Positions 30,225 to 39,523 of a stretch of 64,000 bases of DNA are shown one piece after another. The stretch is from a virus. The stretch lies in IMG/VR virus record IMGVR_UViG_3300022752_000056, positions 7,355 to 71,354 of that record; one strand, 5' to 3'. The notes under the pieces are model-generated. The model did no database searches. It saw only the letters and a list, made by a program, of their open reading frames with translations, and had not been told where the DNA came from. Position 1 is the first letter of the stretch, and each line of letters starts with the position of its first letter. The translations under genes and the position numbers were made by a program.

Positions 30225-30983
30225 ATGAATGAGAACGAAAACGAAAGACAGAAAGTAATTGATTACTGCAAGGCCATGCTAGGAGATGGTATTGTAGATA
30301 TTGAATTAGATCCTGTGCATTATAATACTGCTATAGATCGAGCTATTAATTATTTTAGAACTCGAAGCTCTAATGCTGTGGAAGAAAGCTATGCTTTTTT
30401 AACCATAGAAGTAGACAAAAACGATTATACATTGCCAGCAGAAGTTATGAACATTAGGCAAATTTTTCGTCGTAGTATCGGAAGTAGATCAGGAGGAGGA
30501 CAAGGAGGAACATTATTTGAACCTTTTAATCTAGCCTACAGTAATACATATCTATTAACAGCTACAAACATGGGCGGTTTAGCAACATATTATGCTTTTG
30601 CTAGCTATCAAAAACAAGTTGGTAAAATGTTTGGAAGTGAAATTAACTTCACTTACAATAAAACTACAAAAAAGTTAGTTCTTATGCAACGTCCTCGCAG
30701 CGAAGAAGAAGTGCTATTATGGGTATACAATTATCGTCCAGACTTCAATTTACTTCAAGATCCGTATGCTAACCAATGGCTAAAAGATTATGCTCTTGCA
30801 GTGTGTAAAATTATACTAGGCGAAGGTAGAGAAAAGTTTGCACAAATCGCCAGCCCACAGGGCGGAACTCAATTAAATGGGGCCGCTCTTAAAGGAGAAG
30901 GAAAAGCTGAACTTGAGCGACTAGAGCAAGATTTAATTTTATATAAAGATGGGTCGACGCCGCTTACATTTATAATTGGTTAA
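30225..30983 (+). CDS. g13: Neck protein (gp13-like head-tail adaptor)
   Basis: LG.GIVDIELD..H...AI..A, WLKDYALA..K..LG..R.KF and PQGGTQLNG motifs; ATG at 30225. Confidence 0.85.
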   Translation: MNENENERQKVIDYCKAMLGDGIVDIELDPVHYNTAIDRAINYFRTRSSNAVEESYAFLTIEVDKNDYTLPAEVMNIRQIFRRSIGSRSGGGQGGTLFEPFNLAYSNTYLLTATNMGGLATYYAFASYQKQVGKMFGSEINFTYNKTTKKLVLMQRPRSEEEVLLWVYNYRPDFNLLQDPYANQWLKDYALAVCKIILGEGREKFAQIASPQGGTQLNGAALKGEGKAELERLEQDLILYKDGSTPLTFIIG

Positions 30984-30990
30984 AAATTTC

Positions 30991-31019
30991 TTGACAACGC
31001 AATAAAAATAGCATAAATT
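30991..31019 (+). promoter_or_regulatory. Sigma70-type promoter for the dNMP kinase gene
   Basis: TTGACA-17 nt-TAAATT. Confidence 0.6.
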
Positions 31020-31041
31020 ATAGACTCATCAAGGAGGATCT

Positions 31042-31704
31042 ATGATTATAGGCTTTGTAGGCTTCATCTCAAGCGGCAAAGATACGGCCGCTGATTATCT
31101 TGTGAACTTTCATGGATTTCGTAGAGATTCGTTCGCTAATACACTAAAAGATGCAGTAGCAGCAGTGTTCGGATGGGATAGAACTTTACTAGAAGGTAGA
31201 ACTTCAGAAGCAAGAGCATGGCGTGAACAAAAAGATGAATGGTGGAGCAATAGATTAGGTAAAGATATAACACCTAGATATATACTACAATATTGGGGCA
31301 CTGAGGTATGTAGACATGGATTCCATGATGATATATGGATCGCCAGTTTGGAAAATAAAATAAGAAAGACAAAAGATAATATTGTCATTTCCGATGTGCG
31401 ATTTCCAAATGAAATTAATGCCATTCACAACGCAGGGGGAGTGGTGGTAAGGATTAAACGAGGACAAGACCCAGAATGGTATGAAGATGCTGCCAATGTT
31501 AATGCAGGTCCTACAAATATGAGCTGGGCCATAAGTAAAAATAAAATGTCGAACCTTAAAATACATGCTAGCGAAACTAGTTGGATTGGCTGTAAGATTG
31601 ACTATGTTATCGAGAACAATTCGTCTATAGACGACTTATTCAATAATATAGAAACTATCGTTAAAAATCCGGAACCAAATCACCTTGCTTCCATGGCGGC
31701 TTAA
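31042..31704 (+). CDS. g1: Deoxynucleoside monophosphate kinase (T4 gp1-like)
   Basis: IIGFVGFISSGKDT P-loop, SFA..LKD, TPR..LQ.WGTE, ISDVRFPNE and HASE motifs. Confidence 0.92.
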   Translation: MIIGFVGFISSGKDTAADYLVNFHGFRRDSFANTLKDAVAAVFGWDRTLLEGRTSEARAWREQKDEWWSNRLGKDITPRYILQYWGTEVCRHGFHDDIWIASLENKIRKTKDNIVISDVRFPNEINAIHNAGGVVVRIKRGQDPEWYEDAANVNAGPTNMSWAISKNKMSNLKIHASETSWIGCKIDYVIENNSSIDDLFNNIETIVKNPEPNHLASMAA

Positions 31705-31999
31705 GTTTATAAAGTAGCTTAAAACAGTTTGCACACACTGTTTTTAAATTAGTATATTTTACATTGGATGGATTTCCATCAATATAGAACACAGAAAATT
31801 GTTCTGAATACTTAGATTGAAACCCGCATTTATCACATATGGTTTTCTTTTTGTAACCATGTCTTTCCCACAACGGAATTCCATTGTTTCTTTTCTTTCC
31901 GCAATGGTCGCAGGTACTTCTGTAAAAAACTTTACCTAATTTATGGTAGTTTATTGCCACAGGTCTTTCTAAACAAACCTTACATAAATTTCTTTTCAT
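31661..31999 (-). CDS. Zn-finger HNH-like protein
   Basis: Four CxxC pairs; VFYIDGNPSN...NLKTVCANC is an HNH-type core without the first His. Confidence 0.7.
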   Translation of the reverse strand: MKRNLCKVCLERPVAINYHKLGKVFYRSTCDHCGKKRNNGIPLWERHGYKKKTICDKCGFQSKYSEQFSVFYIDGNPSNVKYTNLKTVCANCFKLLYKLKPPWKQGDLVPDF

Positions 32000-32092
32000 A
32001 GCCCTTTTCGCCGCCCTTTTCCTTGTATTTAACCTAAATTTTTTTGGGTATTCTTATAAATACTTCTAACAATCCATTTAGGAGAGAGAATA

Positions 32093-35059
32093 ATGGCGCA
32101 ATTAGAATCACCAGGCGTGTCAGTAACAGTTATTGATGAAAGTTTTTACACACCAGGAGCCCCAGGCACAGTACCTATGGTATTTGTAGCTACAGGACAA
32201 GATAAAACTAACCCCAGCGGTAGCACTGCTCAAGGTACCACGCAGGCAAATGCTGGTAAAGTCTGGTTAATGACCAGCCAAAGGGATTTAACTGATACTT
32301 TTGGAACACCTTTATTTTACACAGATGCCAGCGGTAATTCTTTACATGGCAACGAATTAAACGAATATGGTCTACAGGCAGCTTATAGCGTGCTAGGTGT
32401 TAGTTCTAGAGCATACATTGTTAGAGCGGATGTTAATTTAGCAGAACTTGTAGCTACAAGCAGCGAACCAACAGGAGACCCGATAGCAGGAACACATTGG
32501 GTAGATACTGCAAGTTCTTCATTTGGTGTTAAAACATGGAATTCTTCAACACAGAAATTTAGCAATGTTACACCAATTGTTCTTGATGACTCAAGTGATA
32601 GCACATCGTTTTCAGGTAATAACCCATCTTCCAGCATAGGTATGATGGGGGATTTTTGTATGGTTGTAAGTAACACAAAAGATACGAAATTATTTTACAA
32701 AGATGAAAATAATTCTTGGATCGTAGTTCAAAATGTTTTTAATGGAACAAAACACGTTCAGATTAGTCCACATTACACATACCCTCCATTCAACGCAAGT
32801 ACAGCAACAGGCAGCGTGTGGATCACAACCACAACACCAAATAACGGTGCAGATTGGAAAATAAAAAGATACGATTCAACTAGCGGTTGGGTGAGTGTTT
32901 CAGCACCAATTTACAGAAGTGTTATAGAAGCAACATATAGCTTAGATGAAACAGGCGGTAAGGCTATTTCTGTAGGAACACTATTTGTTGAATCTAATTA
33001 TAACCATTTAACTAATGCTGTGGCTAATTTCGACATCTGGAGAAGAAATTCTTCTGGCTCAACTGTTGTTACAGGCCCCGCAGCTAATGTAGCAGGCGTT
33101 AACGGACAAACCTATAATTTTAGTATAAGGGAAAGTTCTACAAGTACAAGTTGGGGCGCTACAAAAACAGTTGTCTTTACAGCAACTAATGGTACTAATC
33201 TTGTAGGATCATATATTCCTTCTGCTGTTTCAGCGGCAGGGTTATCTCATACATCTGCTTCATGGGATGCTACAAATAAAAAATTATCATTCACACATGA
33301 ATTAGGTGGTAATATTCAATTTGCAGATGGTACAAACTCACCGTTAACAGCTGGAGTGTTATTTGCTACAACTACAACAAATAATTTATATGCAGCAGCT
33401 TCAGGAGATTCTCCTTGGGGCTTTATTGGTACAGCTTGGAAACCATTAAGTTTTGAAGCAAGCAGTGAGGCACCTAGTATAGCTCCTACAGATGGTACAC
33501 TATGGTATAACTCCGTGGTAGATGAGGTTGATATCATGATTCATAATGGAACAACCTGGGTAGGATACAAAACAGCTACATCACCATATTACAGTAACGG
33601 TACAGATCCAGAAGGTCCAATTGTAAGTGCCACAGAACCAGTAGACGGTGATAGATCAGACGGCGGAAATTTAGTTACCGGTGATATATGGGTTAGTACT
33701 GCTGATTTAGAAAGATATGGTAAAGATGTTTACATTTATAATAGCTCTATAACAGTTGGCAGCAAATGGGTATTACAAGATGTAACTGATCAGTCTACAC
33801 CAGATGGTTGGTTATTTGCAGATGCTAGATGGGCTACCGCTGGTACAACTTTAATGGCATCTACAATTAAAGATCTATTAACAAACAGCTACCTGGATCC
33901 AGATGCACCTGATCCTGCACTTTATCCAAAAGGTATGAAGCTTTGGAATACACGTAGATCTGGCTTTAATGTCAAAAAATATATTGTAGGTCATTTAGAT
34001 ATTACAGCTAACATGGGTCTAAATAAGAGATTTAACGATCAGCAGATGTATAGTTATGAAAGCGATCGTTGGGTAAGTCAAAATAATGTTGCAGATGACG
34101 GTTCTGGTATTTTTGGAAGACATTCGCAGAGAAAATATATTGTTGAAAAACTAAAATCCACAGTAGATACAAATACTATAATTAGAGACACTGATACTTT
34201 AAACTTTACGCTAATGGCATCTCCAGGATATCCTGAATTAATGTCCAACATGGTGAGTTTAAATGTTGATAGAGGTTTAACTGCGTTTGTAATAGGTGAT
34301 ACACCATTTAGGCTACAACCAACAGGAACAGCATTATCTGAATATGGAAACAATACCATGGGTGCTTTAGATAACAACGACGAAGGTATTGTGACATTTG
34401 ACGAATATCTGGGAGTTTATTATCCAAGCGGATATACTAATGATAACGCAGGCAACAGTGTTGTAGTTCCACCTAGTCATATGTTGTTAAGAACTATAAT
34501 CAAGAGCGATAATGTTAGCTTTCCTTGGTTTGCACCAGCTGGAACACGCAGAGGCGGAGTAGACAATGCAACATCAGTTGGTTATATCACAAGCGAAGGA
34601 GAATTTACTTCAGCTGTTTTACATACTGGATTAAGAGATGTGTTAGATGATTTAAAGATTAATCCGATAGCTACATTATCTGGTGTTGGACTAGTTGTTT
34701 ACGGCCAACGAACAAGAGCTAAAAATGCCAGTGCATTAGACAGAATTAATGTTGTTCGACTTGTTTGCTATCTGCGTAAACAACTTGATGTAATGGCAAG
34801 ACCTTATTTGTTCGAGCCTAACGATGCACAAACACGCAGAGAAATTAAAGCAGCAGCAGAAAGTATATTATTAGAGTTAGTTGGACAACGTGCTCTATAC
34901 GACTTTATTGTTGTCTGTGATGAAACAAATAATACAGCAGCTAGAATTGACAGAAATGAACTTTATGTTGATATTGCTATAGAACCAGTTAAAGCAGTTG
35001 AATACATTTATATTCCGTTAAGACTTAAAAATACCGGTGAAATTGCTGCTGGACAATAA
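32093..35059 (+). CDS. g18: Tail sheath protein (gp18-like) with large insertion
   Basis: SPGVSVTVIDES, FGTP, PWFAPAGTRRG, INPI and ALDRINVVRL motifs; TATAAATA at 32055-32062. Confidence 0.95.
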   Translation: MAQLESPGVSVTVIDESFYTPGAPGTVPMVFVATGQDKTNPSGSTAQGTTQANAGKVWLMTSQRDLTDTFGTPLFYTDASGNSLHGNELNEYGLQAAYSVLGVSSRAYIVRADVNLAELVATSSEPTGDPIAGTHWVDTASSSFGVKTWNSSTQKFSNVTPIVLDDSSDSTSFSGNNPSSSIGMMGDFCMVVSNTKDTKLFYKDENNSWIVVQNVFNGTKHVQISPHYTYPPFNASTATGSVWITTTTPNNGADWKIKRYDSTSGWVSVSAPIYRSVIEATYSLDETGGKAISVGTLFVESNYNHLTNAVANFDIWRRNSSGSTVVTGPAANVAGVNGQTYNFSIRESSTSTSWGATKTVVFTATNGTNLVGSYIPSAVSAAGLSHTSASWDATNKKLSFTHELGGNIQFADGTNSPLTAGVLFATTTTNNLYAAASGDSPWGFIGTAWKPLSFEASSEAPSIAPTDGTLWYNSVVDEVDIMIHNGTTWVGYKTATSPYYSNGTDPEGPIVSATEPVDGDRSDGGNLVTGDIWVSTADLERYGKDVYIYNSSITVGSKWVLQDVTDQSTPDGWLFADARWATAGTTLMASTIKDLLTNSYLDPDAPDPALYPKGMKLWNTRRSGFNVKKYIVGHLDITANMGLNKRFNDQQMYSYESDRWVSQNNVADDGSGIFGRHSQRKYIVEKLKSTVDTNTIIRDTDTLNFTLMASPGYPELMSNMVSLNVDRGLTAFVIGDTPFRLQPTGTALSEYGNNTMGALDNNDEGIVTFDEYLGVYYPSGYTNDNAGNSVVVPPSHMLLRTIIKSDNVSFPWFAPAGTRRGGVDNATSVGYITSEGEFTSAVLHTGLRDVLDDLKINPIATLSGVGLVVYGQRTRAKNASALDRINVVRLVCYLRKQLDVMARPYLFEPNDAQTRREIKAAAESILLELVGQRALYDFIVVCDETNNTAARIDRNELYVDIAIEPVKAVEYIYIPLRLKNTGEIAAGQ

Positions 35060-35090
35060 TGGTAAATAAAAGAGTATAAGGAGCAATTAA

Positions 35091-35738
35091 ATGCCAGTTG
35101 CAAGTTTAAATAGATTTACAGTTCCGTTGAGTGCTACCCAAGCGGCTACATCTCAAGGCTTACTGATGCCTAAACTGAAATATAGGTTTAGAGTTACATT
35201 TGATAACTTTGGCGTTGCCGGTAATCCTGCTACAGAATTAACAAAACAAATTGTTAGTGCATCTAGACCTGATATAACATTTGAAGATATTAATCTTCCT
35301 GTTTATAACAGCACAGTGAAATTAGCAGGCAAACACAGTTTTGCAGATACAAAAGTTGTATTACGAGATGATGCTAGCGGCGTAGTTACAAGAAAAGTAG
35401 GTGAACAATTACAAAAGCAATTTGATTTCTTTGAACAATCAGGCGCAGCAAGCGGCATAGATTATAAATTTAGAATGCGTGTAGAAATATTAGACGGGGG
35501 CAACGGAGCATTTGAACCTGTAACATTAGAGAGTTTTGAATTTCTAGGATGTTTTATTAAACAGGTTACATATGCAGAAGGTAGTTATAGTGAAAATAGT
35601 GCATTAGACATCAGTTTAACAATTAGATATGATAATGCAATTCAGTTACAAGAACCAGGTGGTGCAGCTATAGGTGTAGGACTACAAGTAGGTCGCGTTG
35701 TAAGACCTGCAGGTGCTATGGGATTAGCTTCGGGCTAA
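35091..35738 (+). CDS. g19: Tail tube protein (gp19-like)
   Basis: Follows the sheath gene; PKLKYRFRV, RP..F, AGK and LTIRYDNA motifs. Confidence 0.88.
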   Translation: MPVASLNRFTVPLSATQAATSQGLLMPKLKYRFRVTFDNFGVAGNPATELTKQIVSASRPDITFEDINLPVYNSTVKLAGKHSFADTKVVLRDDASGVVTRKVGEQLQKQFDFFEQSGAASGIDYKFRMRVEILDGGNGAFEPVTLESFEFLGCFIKQVTYAEGSYSENSALDISLTIRYDNAIQLQEPGGAAIGVGLQVGRVVRPAGAMGLASG

Positions 35739-35757
35739 ATGTAAAATATGTAATTAC

Positions 35758-35782
35758 AACCCGGGTTATACCCGGGTTTTTT
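35758..35782 (+). terminator. Intrinsic terminator after the tail tube gene
   Basis: AACCCGGGT-TAT-ACCCGGGTT followed by a T-run. Confidence 0.88.
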
Positions 35783-35799
35783 ATTATATAAATATACTT

Positions 35800-36984
35800 A
35801 TGAGTGACCCATTTGTCAAATATTTAAACAGTGGTGACGTTAATTTAAGAGATTATAGACACGCCTCTAGACTTTATGTAGATGGTAATTTTTCATTAGC
35901 GCCAAAATTAGGATTTTTATATTATGTTGTTTTTAATATTAATGAAAATGCTATACTAGATAAATCATACCTTAGTGAAAAATTTAAGGTAGGTCTGCTT
36001 GTAAAACGTATAGACTTACCAAAATATCAAATAAAAACAGAAAAACTTAACCAGTACAATCGTAAAACAGTAGTTCAGACAAACATAACTTATAATTCAA
36101 TTAACATAGAATTCCATGACGATAATAGCGATATAATTAATCAGCTTTGGATTAATTATTTTAAAAATTATTATGTAGATAGCAATTATGGAGATGTGAA
36201 TGTAGGATCAGCCGCAGGAGAATTTCGACCAGCTGCCTATTCAGACACAAAATATAGTGATAAATCTCATGCTTATGGTTTATATAATAACGGAAATGAC
36301 ACTCCTTTTTTTCATAATATAGAAATTTATTGTTTATTCAGGGGAGATTTTACAAAATTTACAATTATTAATCCTATTATTTCAGACTGGAAACACGATA
36401 GTTTAGATCAAAGTCAAGGAAATAAAATATTGAGCAATAGTATGACTATTGACTATGAAAATGTTTTATACAAACTTGGTAGAATCAGTGAAAATGAACC
36501 TGGAGGTTTTGGACTTGATTATTACGATACCCTAGGTAGCCCTTACAAATTTCCAGATTCAAATGTAGATTCAGGATTCGATAATCAGGCTAAAAGCAGA
36601 GTATTCGGTATTCCAAGTAATAGAGCAAATAAAGATCCTTTATTCGACCAAAAAAGCAGACAAAGAGTTTATGGTCTTGTAGGAGCACCTACTCAATTAG
36701 GCCCATTTGGACAAATAGCAAATATCCTGCTAAGAAATATAGTAAACAAAAACGGTTTAGGTAAACTAGGTCCAGTTGGTTACAACATAGCACAAGGTGT
36801 AATGGGTCAAACTCTAGGCAGTGGCCCAGGAAAATATGCTGAACCTGCACCTACGCAACAACAACCTGGAGTATTTGGATTACCGGGAGGTGCAGGAATT
36901 AATATTTTTAAAGGATTCAATACTTCTGTAGACGGAAAAATAAGAATAAATCCTGCCGCTGTAATTTTACCTCCCAAGGGCTAA
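35800..36984 (+). CDS. Tube-like baseplate/tail initiator protein (gp48/gp54-like)
   Basis: VKRIDLPKY..NQYNRK..Y..I.IEFHDD..NP.I..W.HD.LD..M.I.YE is a tube-fold pattern. Confidence 0.65.
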   Translation: MSDPFVKYLNSGDVNLRDYRHASRLYVDGNFSLAPKLGFLYYVVFNINENAILDKSYLSEKFKVGLLVKRIDLPKYQIKTEKLNQYNRKTVVQTNITYNSINIEFHDDNSDIINQLWINYFKNYYVDSNYGDVNVGSAAGEFRPAAYSDTKYSDKSHAYGLYNNGNDTPFFHNIEIYCLFRGDFTKFTIINPIISDWKHDSLDQSQGNKILSNSMTIDYENVLYKLGRISENEPGGFGLDYYDTLGSPYKFPDSNVDSGFDNQAKSRVFGIPSNRANKDPLFDQKSRQRVYGLVGAPTQLGPFGQIANILLRNIVNKNGLGKLGPVGYNIAQGVMGQTLGSGPGKYAEPAPTQQQPGVFGLPGGAGINIFKGFNTSVDGKIRINPAAVILPPKG

Positions 36985-36985
36985 A

Positions 36986-37345
36986 ATGTCTAATTTACCA
37001 ATAAATTCTCAAGAAACAAACACAACGCTAAAAGCGTTTAACAGTTACTATTCTGCGCCTGTAGAAGTAGATGCTACAATTTTAAGTGCGATGAAAGGTT
37101 TTTTCACAAAACGTGGATTTGATGACGATTCTGCAGAATCTCTTTCAATTGCAATTATAACTCAGGCTAAGGAAGATAGTTACAACCCTATGGAAATTTT
37201 AGATACACTTAAAGGTCTCAACAACGTAGAATTATCTGGTCTGGTGGGTGAAATTTTAAATTATAACAGAGCAAAAACTAGTAGTCTAGGATATGCTCAG
37301 GCATTTTCTACTAATCCTGAAATAGCTCGAAATATTTTAGCATGA
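36986..37345 (+). CDS. Hypothetical virion-module protein
   Basis: 119 aa, translationally coupled to neighbours. Confidence 0.65.
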   Translation: MSNLPINSQETNTTLKAFNSYYSAPVEVDATILSAMKGFFTKRGFDDDSAESLSIAIITQAKEDSYNPMEILDTLKGLNNVELSGLVGEILNYNRAKTSSLGYAQAFSTNPEIARNILA

Positions 37346-37785
37346 GTTTAAAATTCAGTTCCGGAATTTATAGAGTAAAAAATTTAGAAAAATATGTGGG
37401 AGGTAGAGCTCCTACATATAGAAGCTCATGGGAACACACTTTTATGATGTTCTGTGATAATAATCCTGCTGTTGAACAGTGGAGCAGTGAACCAGTAAGA
37501 ATTCCCTATCAAGATCCTTTAACAGGAAAACATACTGTGTATGTTCCAGATTTTTTAATTGTTTACTTAGATCGCAATAGTAAAAAACATGCAGAACTTA
37601 TAGAAATTAAACCTACTAAACAGACAATCAAAGAAAAAGTAGGAAAGAATCCCTATAACCAAGCTCAGTATGTTAAAAACATGGCTAAATGGAGCGCAGC
37701 TAACGATTGGTGCAAAACTCGAGGTATTAAATTTAGGGTAATAAACGAGGGCGATATTTTTCATAATCCTAAAAAAACGAAATAA
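37342..37785 (+). CDS. g4: Head completion nuclease (T4 gp4 / TnsA-like)
   Basis: KY.G...TYRSSWE..FM.FCD, WSSE, IPY, YVPDF and IEIKP motifs. Confidence 0.9.
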   Translation: MSLKFSSGIYRVKNLEKYVGGRAPTYRSSWEHTFMMFCDNNPAVEQWSSEPVRIPYQDPLTGKHTVYVPDFLIVYLDRNSKKHAELIEIKPTKQTIKEKVGKNPYNQAQYVKNMAKWSAANDWCKTRGIKFRVINEGDIFHNPKKTK

Positions 37786-37793
37786 GTAAAATT

Positions 37794-38273
37794 ATGACTA
37801 AACGATTAGAAGAAATACTTAATATTGCACCTCCTGAGGAAATTATAGTACCTAAAGCAGAAGACCTAACTCCCGTTCCTGTTATTAATTTACAGGAAAA
37901 ATTAGAAGAATTTGATAAAATATCCGCAGCCTTGCCTAAAGTTGTAGGATTAGGTGACATGGCAGATGCAGAACTAGATGCATTAGCAGCCAAAGCTGAA
38001 CAAGCATACGAAGATCTAATGGACTTAGGAATGAATGTTGAAGCTAGATATGGGGCTAGAATGTTTGAAGTAGCAGCTCAAATGATGAATGCTGCCATAA
38101 CTGCCAAAAGTAATAAAATAGATAAAAAATTAAAAATGGTAGATCTTCAACTTAAAAAATATGCTGTAGATAAAAAGAATGATAAAACTACAGAAACTCA
38201 AATAGAGGGAGAAGGATACATTATAACAGACAGGAATAGTATCTTAGAAAAATTAAAGAAGTTGGAAAAATAA
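37794..38273 (+). CDS. Probable terminase small subunit
   Basis: Helical 159-aa protein with ARMFEVA motif (compare gp16 R.YEV) shortly upstream of the large terminase. Confidence 0.5.
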   Translation: MTKRLEEILNIAPPEEIIVPKAEDLTPVPVINLQEKLEEFDKISAALPKVVGLGDMADAELDALAAKAEQAYEDLMDLGMNVEARYGARMFEVAAQMMNAAITAKSNKIDKKLKMVDLQLKKYAVDKKNDKTTETQIEGEGYIITDRNSILEKLKKLEK

Positions 38274-38299
38274 TATTCGTTTTTTATAAATAATACATT

Positions 38300-38905
38300 A
38301 TGAAATCATTCAAAGAATACCTAACCGAATCCAAAAAAACCTACGATTTCAAGATTAAGATTGCAGGCGAAATTACGCCTGAAAAAGAATCTGTAATGAA
38401 ACGATTGCTTGGACGTTTTACAAATGAAAACGAGTTACGTTCTTTTAAGAAGTCAAAAACACCTATTCAAGCATTACCCTTGGATTTTCCCGGAGTTTAC
38501 AATTCTGAAGTTCATATTTACGAAGTAACTTTAGATTTTCCAACTACGCAGTTTGAACTAACTGAATACCTTGCAACAGGTTTGAATATGGGCAAACAAA
38601 ATCTTGTTGTACGTAGACCAGGTGAACCTAGTGAAGAATATCAACACGAAGAACCAAAAAGAGAAGGTGCGTTGTTAATGGATCCTGATTATAAAGAAGC
38701 AGGCAATCCAAAGTTTGAAGATTATTATGGCGATGCTTATAATGCTAGCTTTGTAAAAGAATTAAATGATATTTTAAAATTGCAACGCAAAGAAAGAGGC
38801 GAGCAAATACCTAACGAAGGTGGTGGAGAATTCAAATTAGCAAAGGCTATTGAAGATACCAATACTATGAGTATCCTTAAACAAGCTCCAGATCTAAGGA
38901 AATAA
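38300..38905 (+). CDS. Probable internal head protein
   Basis: N-terminus MKSFKEYLTE resembles the T4 capsid-targeting sequence MKTYQEFIAE; TATAAATA upstream. Confidence 0.6.
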   Translation: MKSFKEYLTESKKTYDFKIKIAGEITPEKESVMKRLLGRFTNENELRSFKKSKTPIQALPLDFPGVYNSEVHIYEVTLDFPTTQFELTEYLATGLNMGKQNLVVRRPGEPSEEYQHEEPKREGALLMDPDYKEAGNPKFEDYYGDAYNASFVKELNDILKLQRKERGEQIPNEGGGEFKLAKAIEDTNTMSILKQAPDLRK

Positions 38906-38907
38906 TT

Positions 38908-39465
38908 ATGCATATGATAGATTTAATGAAACGGTTGGCAGAATTAGATGCGACCAACCCAAATGTTATAAAGAATCAACAGGTAGATGAAAATTTAGAT
39001 GAATGTGGGATGATGCCTATGCAATCAGTGGCAGATCATCATTCACCTGCAACAATTAATATTTCTGCAGATAGTGGTCAGGAATTGAGTGACATGCTAA
39101 GAGATATTATGACACTAGCAGGACATGACCACGAAGACGAACCAGTATCTACACCAGGAGCTGCATTAGAGCCTGTAGGTCCGCCCGAAATGGATGCGAC
39201 ATCTACTATGCGTAGTGTAATAGATAAACTGCATTCTCCAGATACAGACGATGAAGAAAATCCTATAGACGAATACGATAATACTCCTGAAGATCCAAAT
39301 GATAAAAGCGAATTTGATCCAGATCAATTCGCACACCAAGAAAATCAGCCAGGGCAAGGCGATAGAATGGATGGGAATTTACCTAAAGGAATTCCTACTA
39401 TGGAAGAAGTAGAAAAAAATCTTTTAGATGAATATAGAAAATTTGTTGAGAGTGAACTTCAATAA
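38908..39465 (+). CDS. Acidic hypothetical protein (internal head candidate)
   Basis: D/E/P-rich, with x-x-E sites and an IMTLAG motif. Confidence 0.6.
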   Translation: MHMIDLMKRLAELDATNPNVIKNQQVDENLDECGMMPMQSVADHHSPATINISADSGQELSDMLRDIMTLAGHDHEDEPVSTPGAALEPVGPPEMDATSTMRSVIDKLHSPDTDDEENPIDEYDNTPEDPNDKSEFDPDQFAHQENQPGQGDRMDGNLPKGIPTMEEVEKNLLDEYRKFVESELQ

Positions 39466-39483
39466 TTCTATTTTTATTTCATC

Positions 39484-39510
39484 AATAGCCTCTTAGGAGG
39501 CTATTTTTTT
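39484..39510 (+). terminator. Intrinsic terminator
   Basis: AATAGCCTC-TTAG-GAGGCTATT followed by a T-run. Confidence 0.88.
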
Positions 39511-39523
39511 CAGTAAATAAAAC

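Noticed and set aside
37342-37785. Tn7-like transposon suggested by the TnsA-like nuclease
   Set aside because: Motifs and position match the T4 gp4 head-completion protein; no TnsB/C genes or transposon ends.
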